Source: Alphaproteobacteria bacterium (GTDB lineage: Bacteria > Pseudomonadota > Alphaproteobacteria > UBA8366 > CAVOAK01). Taken from it: a stretch of 46,878 nt of DNA. Both the position numbers and the translations under genes were made by a program. Positions 10,080 through 18,506 of the stretch are shown piece by piece. The stretch is taken from positions 1 to 46,878 of the forward strand of contig CAVOAK010000002.1 in NCBI GenBank assembly GCA_963693665.1, read 5' to 3'. The notes under the pieces were generated by a model. It had not been told where the DNA came from, made no database searches, and saw nothing but the letters and a program-made list of their open reading frames with translations. Each line of letters begins with the position of its first letter. The first letter of the stretch is position 1.

Positions 10080-10820
10080 TTTGCCTCCCTGTCAGACCTG
10101 TTCCCGATCAAATCGGTGTGCCGTCGTGTAACGCATCTCGCCGAGTACACGGCGTCGCATAATACGCAGCCTCCGTGCCGCCACACCAGAGCGGAACAAC
10201 TTAGCATCTGCATGTATCTGTGCGAACTTTTGCCATCCAATTGAACAACAAACAAGCTTGGCAGTTCCCTATCTCTTCATCTTGGCATTGCTCATCGGTA
10301 CGGCATCCGGTGCAAAGCGCAACATCGCGACAAATTGACGGCCTCTGACGCACATGTCGGGTGGATTCCGGTAACGATGTCCGCCAAATTTATGGGTGAC
10401 GTTGGCAACACGCACAAAAAAATAAGCAAATCGTTTCAAAATGTGGCAGCAAGAACCTATTAATGCAGGTTGACGCATTCCAAAGGCCAGTATCTCGCGA
10501 TTTACCTGACGTCGAGATAATCCTCCCTGGCGATAGTTCTCATTCCACTTTTCAACTCGGCCGCGCGCCAAACAGAGGGTCTATCCCGTCCCTTATGGCC
10601 TCCCAAGCGGGGCCATTTTCTTGCCTAACCCAAATCGTCACTGCTGGCCGACGATCGTTGTGGCGACGGTAAATTCCAAGATCTAAATTGAGATTCTCAG
10701 CAAAAACGAAAACCGAGCGACGTGACAATTAAGTCGCTTACACTATTTCCCAACCTATTTGCGGAATTTACTACCGAGTTGGGCCCGCGATCTACAGTGA
10801 AAGAGTTGACATAATTTATA

Positions 10821-10854
10821 TGTAAGGTCGTACTTACGTAAGCTTTCACTTACA
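10821..10854. promoter_or_regulatory. 34-bp nested inverted repeat (candidate ArsR-type operator), 8 bp upstream of the ArsR start
   Basis: The sequence is TGTAAG-gtcgta-CTTAC|GTAAG-ctttca-CTTACA. The inner 10 bp, CTTACGTAAG (10833-10842), is a perfect palindrome. The outer hexamers are perfectly complementary around the same centre. A TTGACA hexamer lies at 10806-10811. Confidence 0.45.
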
Positions 10855-10861
10855 ATAATAA

Positions 10862-11179
10862 ATGGATGAAGAATTGCGCGCTATTGCAGACCCAACTCGA
10901 CGGCAGATTTTGAAGTTGGTTTGGGAGAATGAAATGACTGCTGGGGAGGTCGCGGTTGGTTTTGACATCAGTCGCCCCGCCATTTCTCAGCATCTCAGAG
11001 TTTTGTTAGATGCAGAACTCGTCGCCGTTCGCGGAGAAGGAACACGTCGTTTCTATCGTGCAAATTCCAAGTCCCTCTCGGCCCTTCGCATATTTGTTGA
11101 GGAATTTTGGGATGAGAGTTTGACCCACCTAAAACAGAAAACGGAACGAGAACAAAAGGCGCTAGACAAAAATGAGTGA
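10862..11179 (+). CDS. ArsR/SmtB-family transcriptional regulator
   Basis: 105 aa winged-HTH protein with DPTRRQILKLV and ISRPAISQHLRVL. Confidence 0.9.
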   Translation: MDEELRAIADPTRRQILKLVWENEMTAGEVAVGFDISRPAISQHLRVLLDAELVAVRGEGTRRFYRANSKSLSALRIFVEEFWDESLTHLKQKTEREQKALDKNE

Positions 11180-11233
11180 CACGAACGCAGTGTATACGAG
11201 AAAGAACTGTTCATTCTGGCCAATCCAGAAACA

Positions 11234-11632
11234 GTGTTTGCATTCCTAACAGACCCGGACAAGATGCTTCGCTTGATGGGTGTATCCGCGACACTCGAGC
11301 CAAAAGAAGGCAGGCTTTATCTCGTTGATGTTACGAACGGAAATGTCGCGAAAGGCGAATTTAGAGAAGTCCTTCCAAACCAACGACTCTCTTACACCTT
11401 CGGTTGGAATTCCAAAGACACTTCCGTACCGGCTGGATCCACTTTGGTCGAAATTGATCTTACGCCAAAGGATCTGGGAACAACCGTGAAATTTACACAT
11501 AGTGGATTGCCGGAGACTGCATTAAAGGAGCACGCGGAAGGGTGGAACCATTACTGTGAACAGCTGTGCCAAAGTGCGGCAGGAAAGGATCCGGGAGTTG
11601 ATCCCTGGGTCAAATTCGCCGCTGTAGAATAA
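11234..11632 (+). CDS. SRPBCC (AHSA1/START-like) protein; the N-terminus appears frameshifted (see finding)
   Basis: The LTDPDKM...W pattern and the size fit the SRPBCC partners commonly found next to ArsR. The ORF track start is a GTG, which would delete the first beta-strand. Confidence 0.75.
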   Translation: MFAFLTDPDKMLRLMGVSATLEPKEGRLYLVDVTNGNVAKGEFREVLPNQRLSYTFGWNSKDTSVPAGSTLVEIDLTPKDLGTTVKFTHSGLPETALKEHAEGWNHYCEQLCQSAAGKDPGVDPWVKFAAVE

Positions 11633-11824
11633 CATCTGCTAAATTACATCCATGCCGTCCAGGAAGAAAATGCAGTCTCTGGGCGGCAATCATTTCTGAA
11701 CACCAAACTTACTCTTCCAGCGATCATGGGAGAAACAGTTCGGCAGTCGCCAACTCATGGAAGACGCGTTATTCTCCACACTGGCAATCAGGTCGCATAT
11801 ACCTGCCGTTGAGGAGCTTGAACG

Positions 11825-12688
11825 ATGAGTATGAAGACTATCCTTGTTCCCCTTGAGGAGAGCGAAGTTTTACCGTCTGTTCTGGATTGCGCACTTCTTG
11901 TTTCACAGAGATTTGGCAGTTATATTGAAGGATTGCACATTCGCCCCCTCCCCGCCGAGGTTCTGACTGCAGCGGGTGAAGGTTTATATGCTGGTGCCAC
12001 TGATCTGTTGGAAACCCTCGAACAACGCGACAACGACCGCGCCCAACGGACTCATGAACAGTTCGATACATTTATGACGAAGCACGGTGTGCAACGGGGT
12101 GATGCTAGTCAGACACCGGAGAAGCCAGTCGCAGCGTGGCTTGAAGAAGCAATTCCTGGCGATGAGGTGGTGGGCAATAGAGGGCGGTTGTTCGACCTTA
12201 TCATTGTCGGCCGCCCTGTTAGTGGAGCCGCCACGCCGTCTCGCAGCCGGCTTGAATCAGCTATCTTCGAAAGTGGGCGGCTGACCTTAATCGCACCGCC
12301 GATACCGCCAACTGGGTTCGGAGAAACAATCGTTATTGCCTGGAACAGCAGCACTGAAACCACGCGCACGGTCGCACTTGCCATGCCGTTCCTTGAACAA
12401 GCCAAGCGTGTCGTAATTCTATCGATTGAGGGTTATGGCGTTCCGGGGCCGGACGGAACGGAACTGCGGCAAAGCCTTTCACGGAACGGAATAGCGGCGC
12501 AGGCAAGCATTGTTCCAAAGAAAGATCGCACAGTCTCTCATGCCATCCTTGAAGAAACCGCCATTCTTGGCGGTGATCTCCTCATTAAGGGCGCCTACAC
12601 ACACAGCCGCTTACGACAAATGATATTTGGCGGCGTCACCAACGAAATTTTGGCAACGGCCGAATTACCCGTTCTTATGTCGCATTAA
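11825..12688 (+). CDS. tandem-domain universal stress protein (UspA family)
   Basis: 287 aa with two USP-like halves. The C-terminal motif is GAYTHSRLRQMIFGGVTNEIL. Confidence 0.85.
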   Translation: MSMKTILVPLEESEVLPSVLDCALLVSQRFGSYIEGLHIRPLPAEVLTAAGEGLYAGATDLLETLEQRDNDRAQRTHEQFDTFMTKHGVQRGDASQTPEKPVAAWLEEAIPGDEVVGNRGRLFDLIIVGRPVSGAATPSRSRLESAIFESGRLTLIAPPIPPTGFGETIVIAWNSSTETTRTVALAMPFLEQAKRVVILSIEGYGVPGPDGTELRQSLSRNGIAAQASIVPKKDRTVSHAILEETAILGGDLLIKGAYTHSRLRQMIFGGVTNEILATAELPVLMSH

Positions 12689-12728
12689 ACAATTGCAGCA
12701 CTCTATAACATCTGCGAAACGCGGTTAA

Positions 12729-13145
12729 CTAAGCGCAGACCCGGGCTTTCTTGCGTTTTAACACGGCTGCCTTTAGTGGTTGCGAATAATGCGCCTTCCA
12801 ACCCGAAGTGATAGATTTGATTTGCGCTGCCGGAACGCCTTGATGAGTAAAACTGAGCTTCGTCTTTCCCCCCTTTACTAGCGCCAGGGAAAATGTCGCA
12901 AGTGACCAGGTTCCTTTGGCCCAGCCCTTCGGACGCCAAGCTTGGACGATCAATTTATTCTCAATAATATCGACATTGACTCCACCGATATGGCCGCCAT
13001 GGTGCGAAAATTCGCCGCCAACTTTACGGCTAATTTTTTCCGGAGCGCCGGTAAAAGCACTATGCTTTTTTGAATCCATAAGTGCTTCAAAGATAACGCT
13101 GGGACGCGCATCCAACGTAACGTTTTGCTTGATCACCTGAGACAT
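12729..13145 (-). CDS. SRPBCC (AHSA1-like) domain protein
   Basis: ORF 12729..13265 trimmed to the internal ATG at 13145 (MSQVIKQNVTLDARPSVIFEALMD...). This gives the typical ~140 aa SRPBCC layout. Confidence 0.75.
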   Translation of the reverse strand: MSQVIKQNVTLDARPSVIFEALMDSKKHSAFTGAPEKISRKVGGEFSHHGGHIGGVNVDIIENKLIVQAWRPKGWAKGTWSLATFSLALVKGGKTKLSFTHQGVPAAQIKSITSGWKAHYSQPLKAAVLKRKKARVCA

Positions 13146-13372
13146 ATTCCCACTCTCTTTGTTCCATTTAAAACCCGATGGCGCGAATATCAGACCAAAA
13201 CGATGCAATGCAGAGAGAGAGACTCTGGCAGGCCAAATTAGCTCACCGGAAACTTGCGTTGTCACATCACCGTAAATAGACTGCTTGACGATATCTCAGA
13301 GAATTTCGCGCGCCATCCAATACTGATCTTCGCTGCGCACACCAACGACTACACAATGAAAGCGAGATCGCA

Positions 13373-14131
13373 TTGTCGCCATTCGACCTTGCCGTGCCCA
13401 CTATCGCCCTTGGTCTAGTAGTTTTTTTAATCGGTGGCACAATCAAGGGGACGATTGGAATTGGCATGCCGCTGTTTATCGTGCCCGTTATGGCAACAGT
13501 CATTGAACCAATTACCGTTATTGGGCTTTTGTTTGTGCCTATTCTCGCGACAAACTTTCTGCAGATGATCGAGGGCGGCTACTACCGGGTCACCTTGCAC
13601 CGTTTCAAGAGCCTACTCTTCTCCATACTTGCAGCAACAATCATCAGCGTGCAGATTCTCGCTCGTATTGATGCAATGACCGTATCGTTGATTCTGGGTT
13701 GTATCGTTGCCGCTTTCTGCATTCTCCAACTATTTCCACTTCGTCCAACGATACCGAAACAGCTTGAGGCTTATCTCAGCCCAATTGTTGGCACAATCGC
13801 CGGCTTGCTTGGGGGTGTATCTACGCTCTTTGGACCACCACTCGTCATGTACCTGATCGCATTACGCCTGCCAAAGGAAGAATTTATCGCGACGGTTGCT
13901 CAACTCTTCTTTGTCGTCGGTGCAGTTCTCTACTTCACCCTCGCCGTGACCGGCGCGCTGACACTTGAATTGGTCGTTGCCTCTGCGTTCGTCACGATAC
14001 CCGTCGCTATAGGCTTGGCAATTGGTCGCAAGATTAGAAAACAGATTAGCCGGGAAGCGATATTTCAGCGTGTACTCGTTGCCGTGCTCCTGATCGCCGG
14101 CCTAAACCTCATCCGACGCGGCCTCTTATAA
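13373..14131 (+). CDS. TauE/SafE-family sulfite/anion exporter-like membrane protein
   Basis: 252 aa with about 7-8 hydrophobic segments and Gly-rich helices (GGTIKGTIGIGMPLF, GLLGGVSTLFGPP). TTG start. Confidence 0.8.
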   Translation: MSPFDLAVPTIALGLVVFLIGGTIKGTIGIGMPLFIVPVMATVIEPITVIGLLFVPILATNFLQMIEGGYYRVTLHRFKSLLFSILAATIISVQILARIDAMTVSLILGCIVAAFCILQLFPLRPTIPKQLEAYLSPIVGTIAGLLGGVSTLFGPPLVMYLIALRLPKEEFIATVAQLFFVVGAVLYFTLAVTGALTLELVVASAFVTIPVAIGLAIGRKIRKQISREAIFQRVLVAVLLIAGLNLIRRGLL

Positions 14132-14249
14132 ACCACCTAGCGTTGCCAAATTCAGGACGCTGTAACTTGGTTCTGCGGAAGCATTTTCGGAGAATATGAA
14201 AATGGCGTATGAACACTTTGTCGCACAAAAATTCGCATCGCGAGGCTCA

Positions 14250-14642
14250 TTACGCTTTGAATTGCCTCACAATCCAATGCCGGGGAAAACTCTCGGGACT
14301 CTGCCATACCACAAGCAAACTAACTTCATTTTCGGCATCCAAATTAAAGATTCCAGACGACCAAAGATTTGATTCGCAGGTGTCGCTACGAAATTCACCT
14401 GAAGACCACCGGTTTTTTGATCCACTTGCTCCAACCGCGTTTGCCGACTCCAATCCGTCCACGATATATCGGAGCCGAACTTGCGACGGACTAATACTGC
14501 CAGACAAACTGGAAGCCACAATATGGATCAATTTACCAGACCGAGGATCTAGGCACACCAAGGCAACCGCGACCCCTGGGTTTGCTTTCTCGATCGAGCG
14601 ACATAGCGCCGATAAAATCGTCTGTGCTGATCCAAGTTTCAT
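14250..14642 (-). CDS. hypothetical protein, weakly GAF-like
   Basis: 130 aa with globular-looking composition (ILSALCRSIEKANPGVAVALVCLDPRSGKLIHIVASS...SLLVVWQSPESF). It has no Shine-Dalgarno sequence of its own. A plus-strand shadow ORF (14209..14673) competes with it. Confidence 0.3.
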   Translation of the reverse strand: MKLGSAQTILSALCRSIEKANPGVAVALVCLDPRSGKLIHIVASSLSGSISPSQVRLRYIVDGLESANAVGASGSKNRWSSGEFRSDTCESNLWSSGIFNLDAENEVSLLVVWQSPESFPRHWIVRQFKA

Positions 14643-14669
14643 AAGGATATCCAGCAGCCAGCCATCTGA

Positions 14670-14738
14670 TTAATCAGCAACCAAGCCACTACCAAAGACA
14701 GCGGCGACAAACAACACCGCGACAATACTTCTAGTCAT
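14670..14738 (-). CDS. candidate 22-aa hydrophobic peptide (27 aa if started at 14753), not in ORF track
   Basis: It has the strongest Shine-Dalgarno sequence I saw in the window: AAGGAGGT, 5 nt before the ATG. The peptide is MTRSIVAVLFVAAVFGSGLVAD. It ends at a TAA that is in frame with the downstream 14250..14642 ORF. Confidence 0.3.
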   Translation of the reverse strand: MTRSIVAVLFVAAVFGSGLVAD

Positions 14739-14791
14739 ATTGACCTCCTTCATGATCACCGATAATTCGAAAATACGCCCGCCAATATCGT

Positions 14792-15637
14792 TCAGACGAC
14801 GCCGTCTCCAAGCACGGTCGTCCGGTGCATATAGCGTTCACCAACATCTTCATAATCATCAATTGCATAATGCATCGTGCAGCGATTGTCCCAAATAACA
14901 AGGTCGCGTACATGCCAACGGTGGCGGTAAATATACTCCGGTCGCGTGCTATGGCGGTTCAGAAGCTGCAGTAAATCCGCACTCTCCTCCAGCTCAAGTC
15001 CAACAATATGCACGGTAAAGCCTGGATTTACGTAAAGCGCTTTTCGGCGCGTATCCGGATGTGTGAGGACAACTGGATGGTCTACCGCAGGCGCTTTTGC
15101 CAATCGCTCTCCGCTGACCCGCTCTCCGGCAAACACGCCTCGTGCCGCATACGCAAAATCGTGAGTTGCCCGCAGATCTGAAACGATCCCCTGCATCGTC
15201 GGCGATAGCGTGTCATAAGCCGCATACATGTTTGCAAACATCGTGTCGCCGCCGAGCGGCGGAATCTCGATCGCGTAAAGGAGTGAAGCCATCGCCGGAT
15301 TACGCATATATGAAAGATCCGAATGCCAATAGGTGCCGGCCTTAGCTCGGCCAAGCGGCTTTCCATTCTTCGTCTTGTTTGACACCCGGTAGATCGTTGG
15401 ATAACCCGGCAATAGATAGTCAGCGAGAACGTGTGTCTCGAGTTCACCAAACCTCTGGCTGAAAGCAATGTGTTGGTCCGGCGTCAACTCTTGGTCGCGG
15501 ATGACCAGCACACCGTTGGCATCAAGCCACGCTTGCCGCAATTCTATGAACTGCTGATCATCAATCTGCGCGGACAAATCAACGCCCAGTACTTCGGCAC
15601 CAATTACCGGTGATAAGCGATTGATCCTAATGCTCAT
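14792..15637 (-). CDS. TauD/TfdA-family Fe(II)/2-oxoglutarate-dependent dioxygenase
   Basis: 281 aa with the HxD iron motif in TYWHSDLSY and the distal WDNRCTMHYA motif. Confidence 0.9.
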   Translation of the reverse strand: MSIRINRLSPVIGAEVLGVDLSAQIDDQQFIELRQAWLDANGVLVIRDQELTPDQHIAFSQRFGELETHVLADYLLPGYPTIYRVSNKTKNGKPLGRAKAGTYWHSDLSYMRNPAMASLLYAIEIPPLGGDTMFANMYAAYDTLSPTMQGIVSDLRATHDFAYAARGVFAGERVSGERLAKAPAVDHPVVLTHPDTRRKALYVNPGFTVHIVGLELEESADLLQLLNRHSTRPEYIYRHRWHVRDLVIWDNRCTMHYAIDDYEDVGERYMHRTTVLGDGVV

Positions 15638-15685
15638 AATATTGGACCTCGTCGAAAACCAAACGGGCTGGGCAAATCCAGCCTA

Positions 15686-16480
15686 TTAGCCAAGCAACAA
15701 AGAATCATCGGCAAGCTCATCACCGCGCACGTTTTCAAACATCTGGAGAAAATCGGCAACATCAAGCCCCTCACGTTTGCCGTCCGCGACGTCCAAAACA
15801 ACCTGTCCCTCATGTAACATGATGGTCCGCATCCCATGATCCAACGCTTGGCGCATCGAGTGTGTTACCAGCAAAGCTGTCAGATTATCTTCTTCAACAA
15901 ACCGATCGGTCAGCCCCATCACAAACGACGCCGTCTTTGGGTCGAGCGCTGCGGTATGTTCATCGAGCAACAGTATCTTCATTGGCTGCAGCGTCGCCAT
16001 AACCAAGCTTACCGCCTGACGTTGACCGCCCGACAGCAGTCCCATGCGATCTTGTAGGCGCATTTCAAGACCAAGCCCAAGACTTGCCAGGCGCTCGCGA
16101 AACTTTTCGCGCAGGTCATCGCCTATCGCCCGCTTTAGACGTCGCCTATGACCACGCTGCTGTGCCAGTGCCAAATTCTCCTCAATCGTTAATGCCTCAC
16201 AGGTTCCTGCCATGGGATCCTGAAAGACACGCGAGACCAAACCCGCGCGTTCGCTGGCCGGCCGTCCCGTTACATCTTCATCGCCGACACATATCCGACC
16301 CGAATCGACCGGGACCTCACCAGCTAGAACATTAAGCAAAGTTGATTTTCCCGACCCGTTACTGCCAATCATGGTAACAAATTGACCCTTAGGAATGGAG
16401 AGCGCGAGTCCTCTCAGCGCCCTCGTCTCAATCACCGTGCCAGGATTGAACGTCACATATACATCGTCAATCTGAATCAT
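15686..16480 (-). CDS. ABC transporter ATP-binding protein
   Basis: Walker A GSNGSGKST, signature LSGGQRQ and Walker B LLLDEHTAALD. It overlaps the permease gene by 4 nt. Confidence 0.9.
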   Translation of the reverse strand: MIQIDDVYVTFNPGTVIETRALRGLALSIPKGQFVTMIGSNGSGKSTLLNVLAGEVPVDSGRICVGDEDVTGRPASERAGLVSRVFQDPMAGTCEALTIEENLALAQQRGHRRRLKRAIGDDLREKFRERLASLGLGLEMRLQDRMGLLSGGQRQAVSLVMATLQPMKILLLDEHTAALDPKTASFVMGLTDRFVEEDNLTALLVTHSMRQALDHGMRTIMLHEGQVVLDVADGKREGLDVADFLQMFENVRGDELADDSLLLG

Positions 16481-17376
16481 GACGCACGCGCTCCGCCGCC
16501 CCTAAGGAAACGCTTCCGGACAGTCGGCAGAGCCATCGCGAGAACAACAAGCACTGCTGTTATCAATTTAAGATCTTGCGCCTGGAGTCCTATGAAGTCG
16601 GCATTCAAGGCAACCGCAATAACAAGCCGATAAATAATTGAACCTACGATGCAGGCCAGCGTGGCAAGAAATATCGTTCGGGTCGACATCACCGCCTCAC
16701 CGACTATCACGGCCGCCAATCCAATAACGATAACGCCGACCCCCATGGAAATGTCGGCGCCACCCTGGAGCTGCGCGAACAATGCCCCGGCAAGTGCAAC
16801 TAGGGCGTTACTGAGTGCCATTCCACCCACGATCATGATACCTGTGCGTATCCCTTGCGCGCGTGCCATTCGCGGATTAACGCCGGTCGCACGCATCGCA
16901 AGGCCTACTTCGCTGGTCAAAAATGCATCGACGGCGAGTTTGGCAACGACGATAATAACGACGAAAATCAACGGGTTGATCCAGTAATATGGAAGGCCCA
17001 GCCCCTCGAACGGTGTGAAAATTGTCACTTCGCCCAACAACGGCTGGTTGGGCTTGCCCATGATACGAAGGTTGACCGTGTACAGCCCAATCATCGTCAA
17101 AATGCTGGCCAACAGATGGAGGATTTTCAGTCGAATATTGAGGAGAGCCGTCACCATGCCGGCGAGCCCTCCGGCAAACATTGCGATGAGCGTTGACGCA
17201 AGCGGATTCCATCCGCTGACGATCAGAGTTGCTGCCACTGCCGCACCCAATGGCAAGCTACCGTCTACAGTTAGATCAGGAAAATTGAGGACGCGAAAAC
17301 TCAAGAAAACGCCGAGGGCGACGAGACCGAACAACAATCCGATCTCTATCGCCCCCAGAAATGCGATCAGGCTCAA
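16477..17376 (-). CDS. ABC transporter permease (partner of the PF04392-type binding protein)
   Basis: 299 aa and highly hydrophobic with about 8-9 TM segments. It sits in operon position between the SBP and ATPase genes. Confidence 0.85.
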   Translation of the reverse strand: MSLIAFLGAIEIGLLFGLVALGVFLSFRVLNFPDLTVDGSLPLGAAVAATLIVSGWNPLASTLIAMFAGGLAGMVTALLNIRLKILHLLASILTMIGLYTVNLRIMGKPNQPLLGEVTIFTPFEGLGLPYYWINPLIFVVIIVVAKLAVDAFLTSEVGLAMRATGVNPRMARAQGIRTGIMIVGGMALSNALVALAGALFAQLQGGADISMGVGVIVIGLAAVIVGEAVMSTRTIFLATLACIVGSIIYRLVIAVALNADFIGLQAQDLKLITAVLVVLAMALPTVRKRFLRGGGARAS

Positions 17377-17413
17377 GTTTCAGAGCCCTTTCTGCAGTTG
17401 ATTTTCGTGATCC

Positions 17414-18403
17414 TTATTGAACAATTTTTTTAGCACGCGCAATCACAGCCGGCGGGATCGTGACACCCATCTTCTCCGCAGCTCCAGGATTAACGTGCAA
17501 TTGAGTAATGTCGACGCCTTCGACCGAAATATCCCCCGCTTTCTCGCCCTTGAGAATACGTGCAACTATTTTGCCCGTTTGCCGGCCAACGTCGTAGTAA
17601 TCGAACCCAAGCGCCGCCATGACGCCTCGTGGTACGGAGTCCGTATCACCGGCATATACCGGTATTTTCGCGTCTATACCGACCTTGATCACCGCCTCAA
17701 GTGCGGAGACAATCGTATTATCCGTCGGCACATAAATTACGTCGACTTTGCCGACAAGGCTTCGGGCCGCAGCCAGCACATCGTTGCTACTCGGCGCCGA
17801 CGCAGTGACAATTGTGAGACCTTTGCCCGGCGCAATCTGCTTCAGCAAATCAACAAGAACGACTGCATTTCCTTCACCCGGGTTAAAGGGCACACCAACA
17901 GTTTTTGCATTCGGTGTTATTTCTTTGATCAAATCCAAATGCTTGCCGATCGGTGACAGATCAGAAACACCCGTCACATTTCCGCCGGGTTTTTTGGCAT
18001 TGCTCACAAGTTTTGCGGCAACCGGATCGGTAACGGCACTAAAGACAACCGGGATTTGACCGCGCGCAGCAGAGACAGCCGCCTGCGCCGAAGGTGTGGC
18101 AATCGCAACGATTACATCAGGCTTGTCTCCAACAAACTTACGGGCAATCTGACCTGCCGTTCCGACGTCGCCCTGTGCGCTTTGATATTCCCATTCGAGG
18201 TTACCACCAACCTTGTATCCTTGGGCGGCAAGTTCATCCTTTACACCATCACGCGCGGCATCAAGCGCCGGGTGCTCAACAATCGCCGTAACTTTCACCG
18301 ATACATCAGCAGCGGCGGCGATTTCCCAAGTCAGCGCCATAAACGGCAGTACAAAGAAAAGAGCCGCAACTCGCATCGTCTGAAACCGTGTCGTATCCAA
18401 CAT
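17414..18403 (-). CDS. ABC transporter substrate-binding protein (ABC_sub_bind / PF04392-like)
   Basis: Trimmed to the ATG at 18403, which is preceded by GGGAGGA. It has a signal peptide (MRVAALFFVLPFMALTWEIAAAA). The characteristic VIVAIATPSAQAA...IPVVFSAVTDPVAAKLV...PGGNVTGVSD is present. Confidence 0.85.
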   Translation of the reverse strand: MLDTTRFQTMRVAALFFVLPFMALTWEIAAAADVSVKVTAIVEHPALDAARDGVKDELAAQGYKVGGNLEWEYQSAQGDVGTAGQIARKFVGDKPDVIVAIATPSAQAAVSAARGQIPVVFSAVTDPVAAKLVSNAKKPGGNVTGVSDLSPIGKHLDLIKEITPNAKTVGVPFNPGEGNAVVLVDLLKQIAPGKGLTIVTASAPSSNDVLAAARSLVGKVDVIYVPTDNTIVSALEAVIKVGIDAKIPVYAGDTDSVPRGVMAALGFDYYDVGRQTGKIVARILKGEKAGDISVEGVDITQLHVNPGAAEKMGVTIPPAVIARAKKIVQ

Positions 18404-18506
18404 TAGGTCCTCCCAAAAGTATAACTCTCTCTGAGGGCGTATCGGTCGAACGCCGCGAGAGATTGTAAAAACAATGCCCCCGCGTGGGTACCCCGTCAAG
18501 CGTCAG

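Noticed and set aside
10269-10571. 100-aa minus-strand ORF in the 780-bp gap between malate synthase and ArsR.
   Set aside because: It has a TTG start and no Shine-Dalgarno sequence. Its composition is Arg-rich and odd, and I recognise no motif. I cannot support it as a gene. The gap may simply hold promoters and the 5-prime UTR of aceB.
14209-14673. 154-aa plus-strand ORF, plus a 58-aa plus-strand ORF at 14196 with a GGAGA upstream.
   Set aside because: The 154-aa ORF shares wobble positions with the minus-strand ORF 14250..14642, the classic shadow frame. Its composition is rich in Ser, Arg, His and Cys. I favour the minus strand but with low confidence, so this remains ambiguous.
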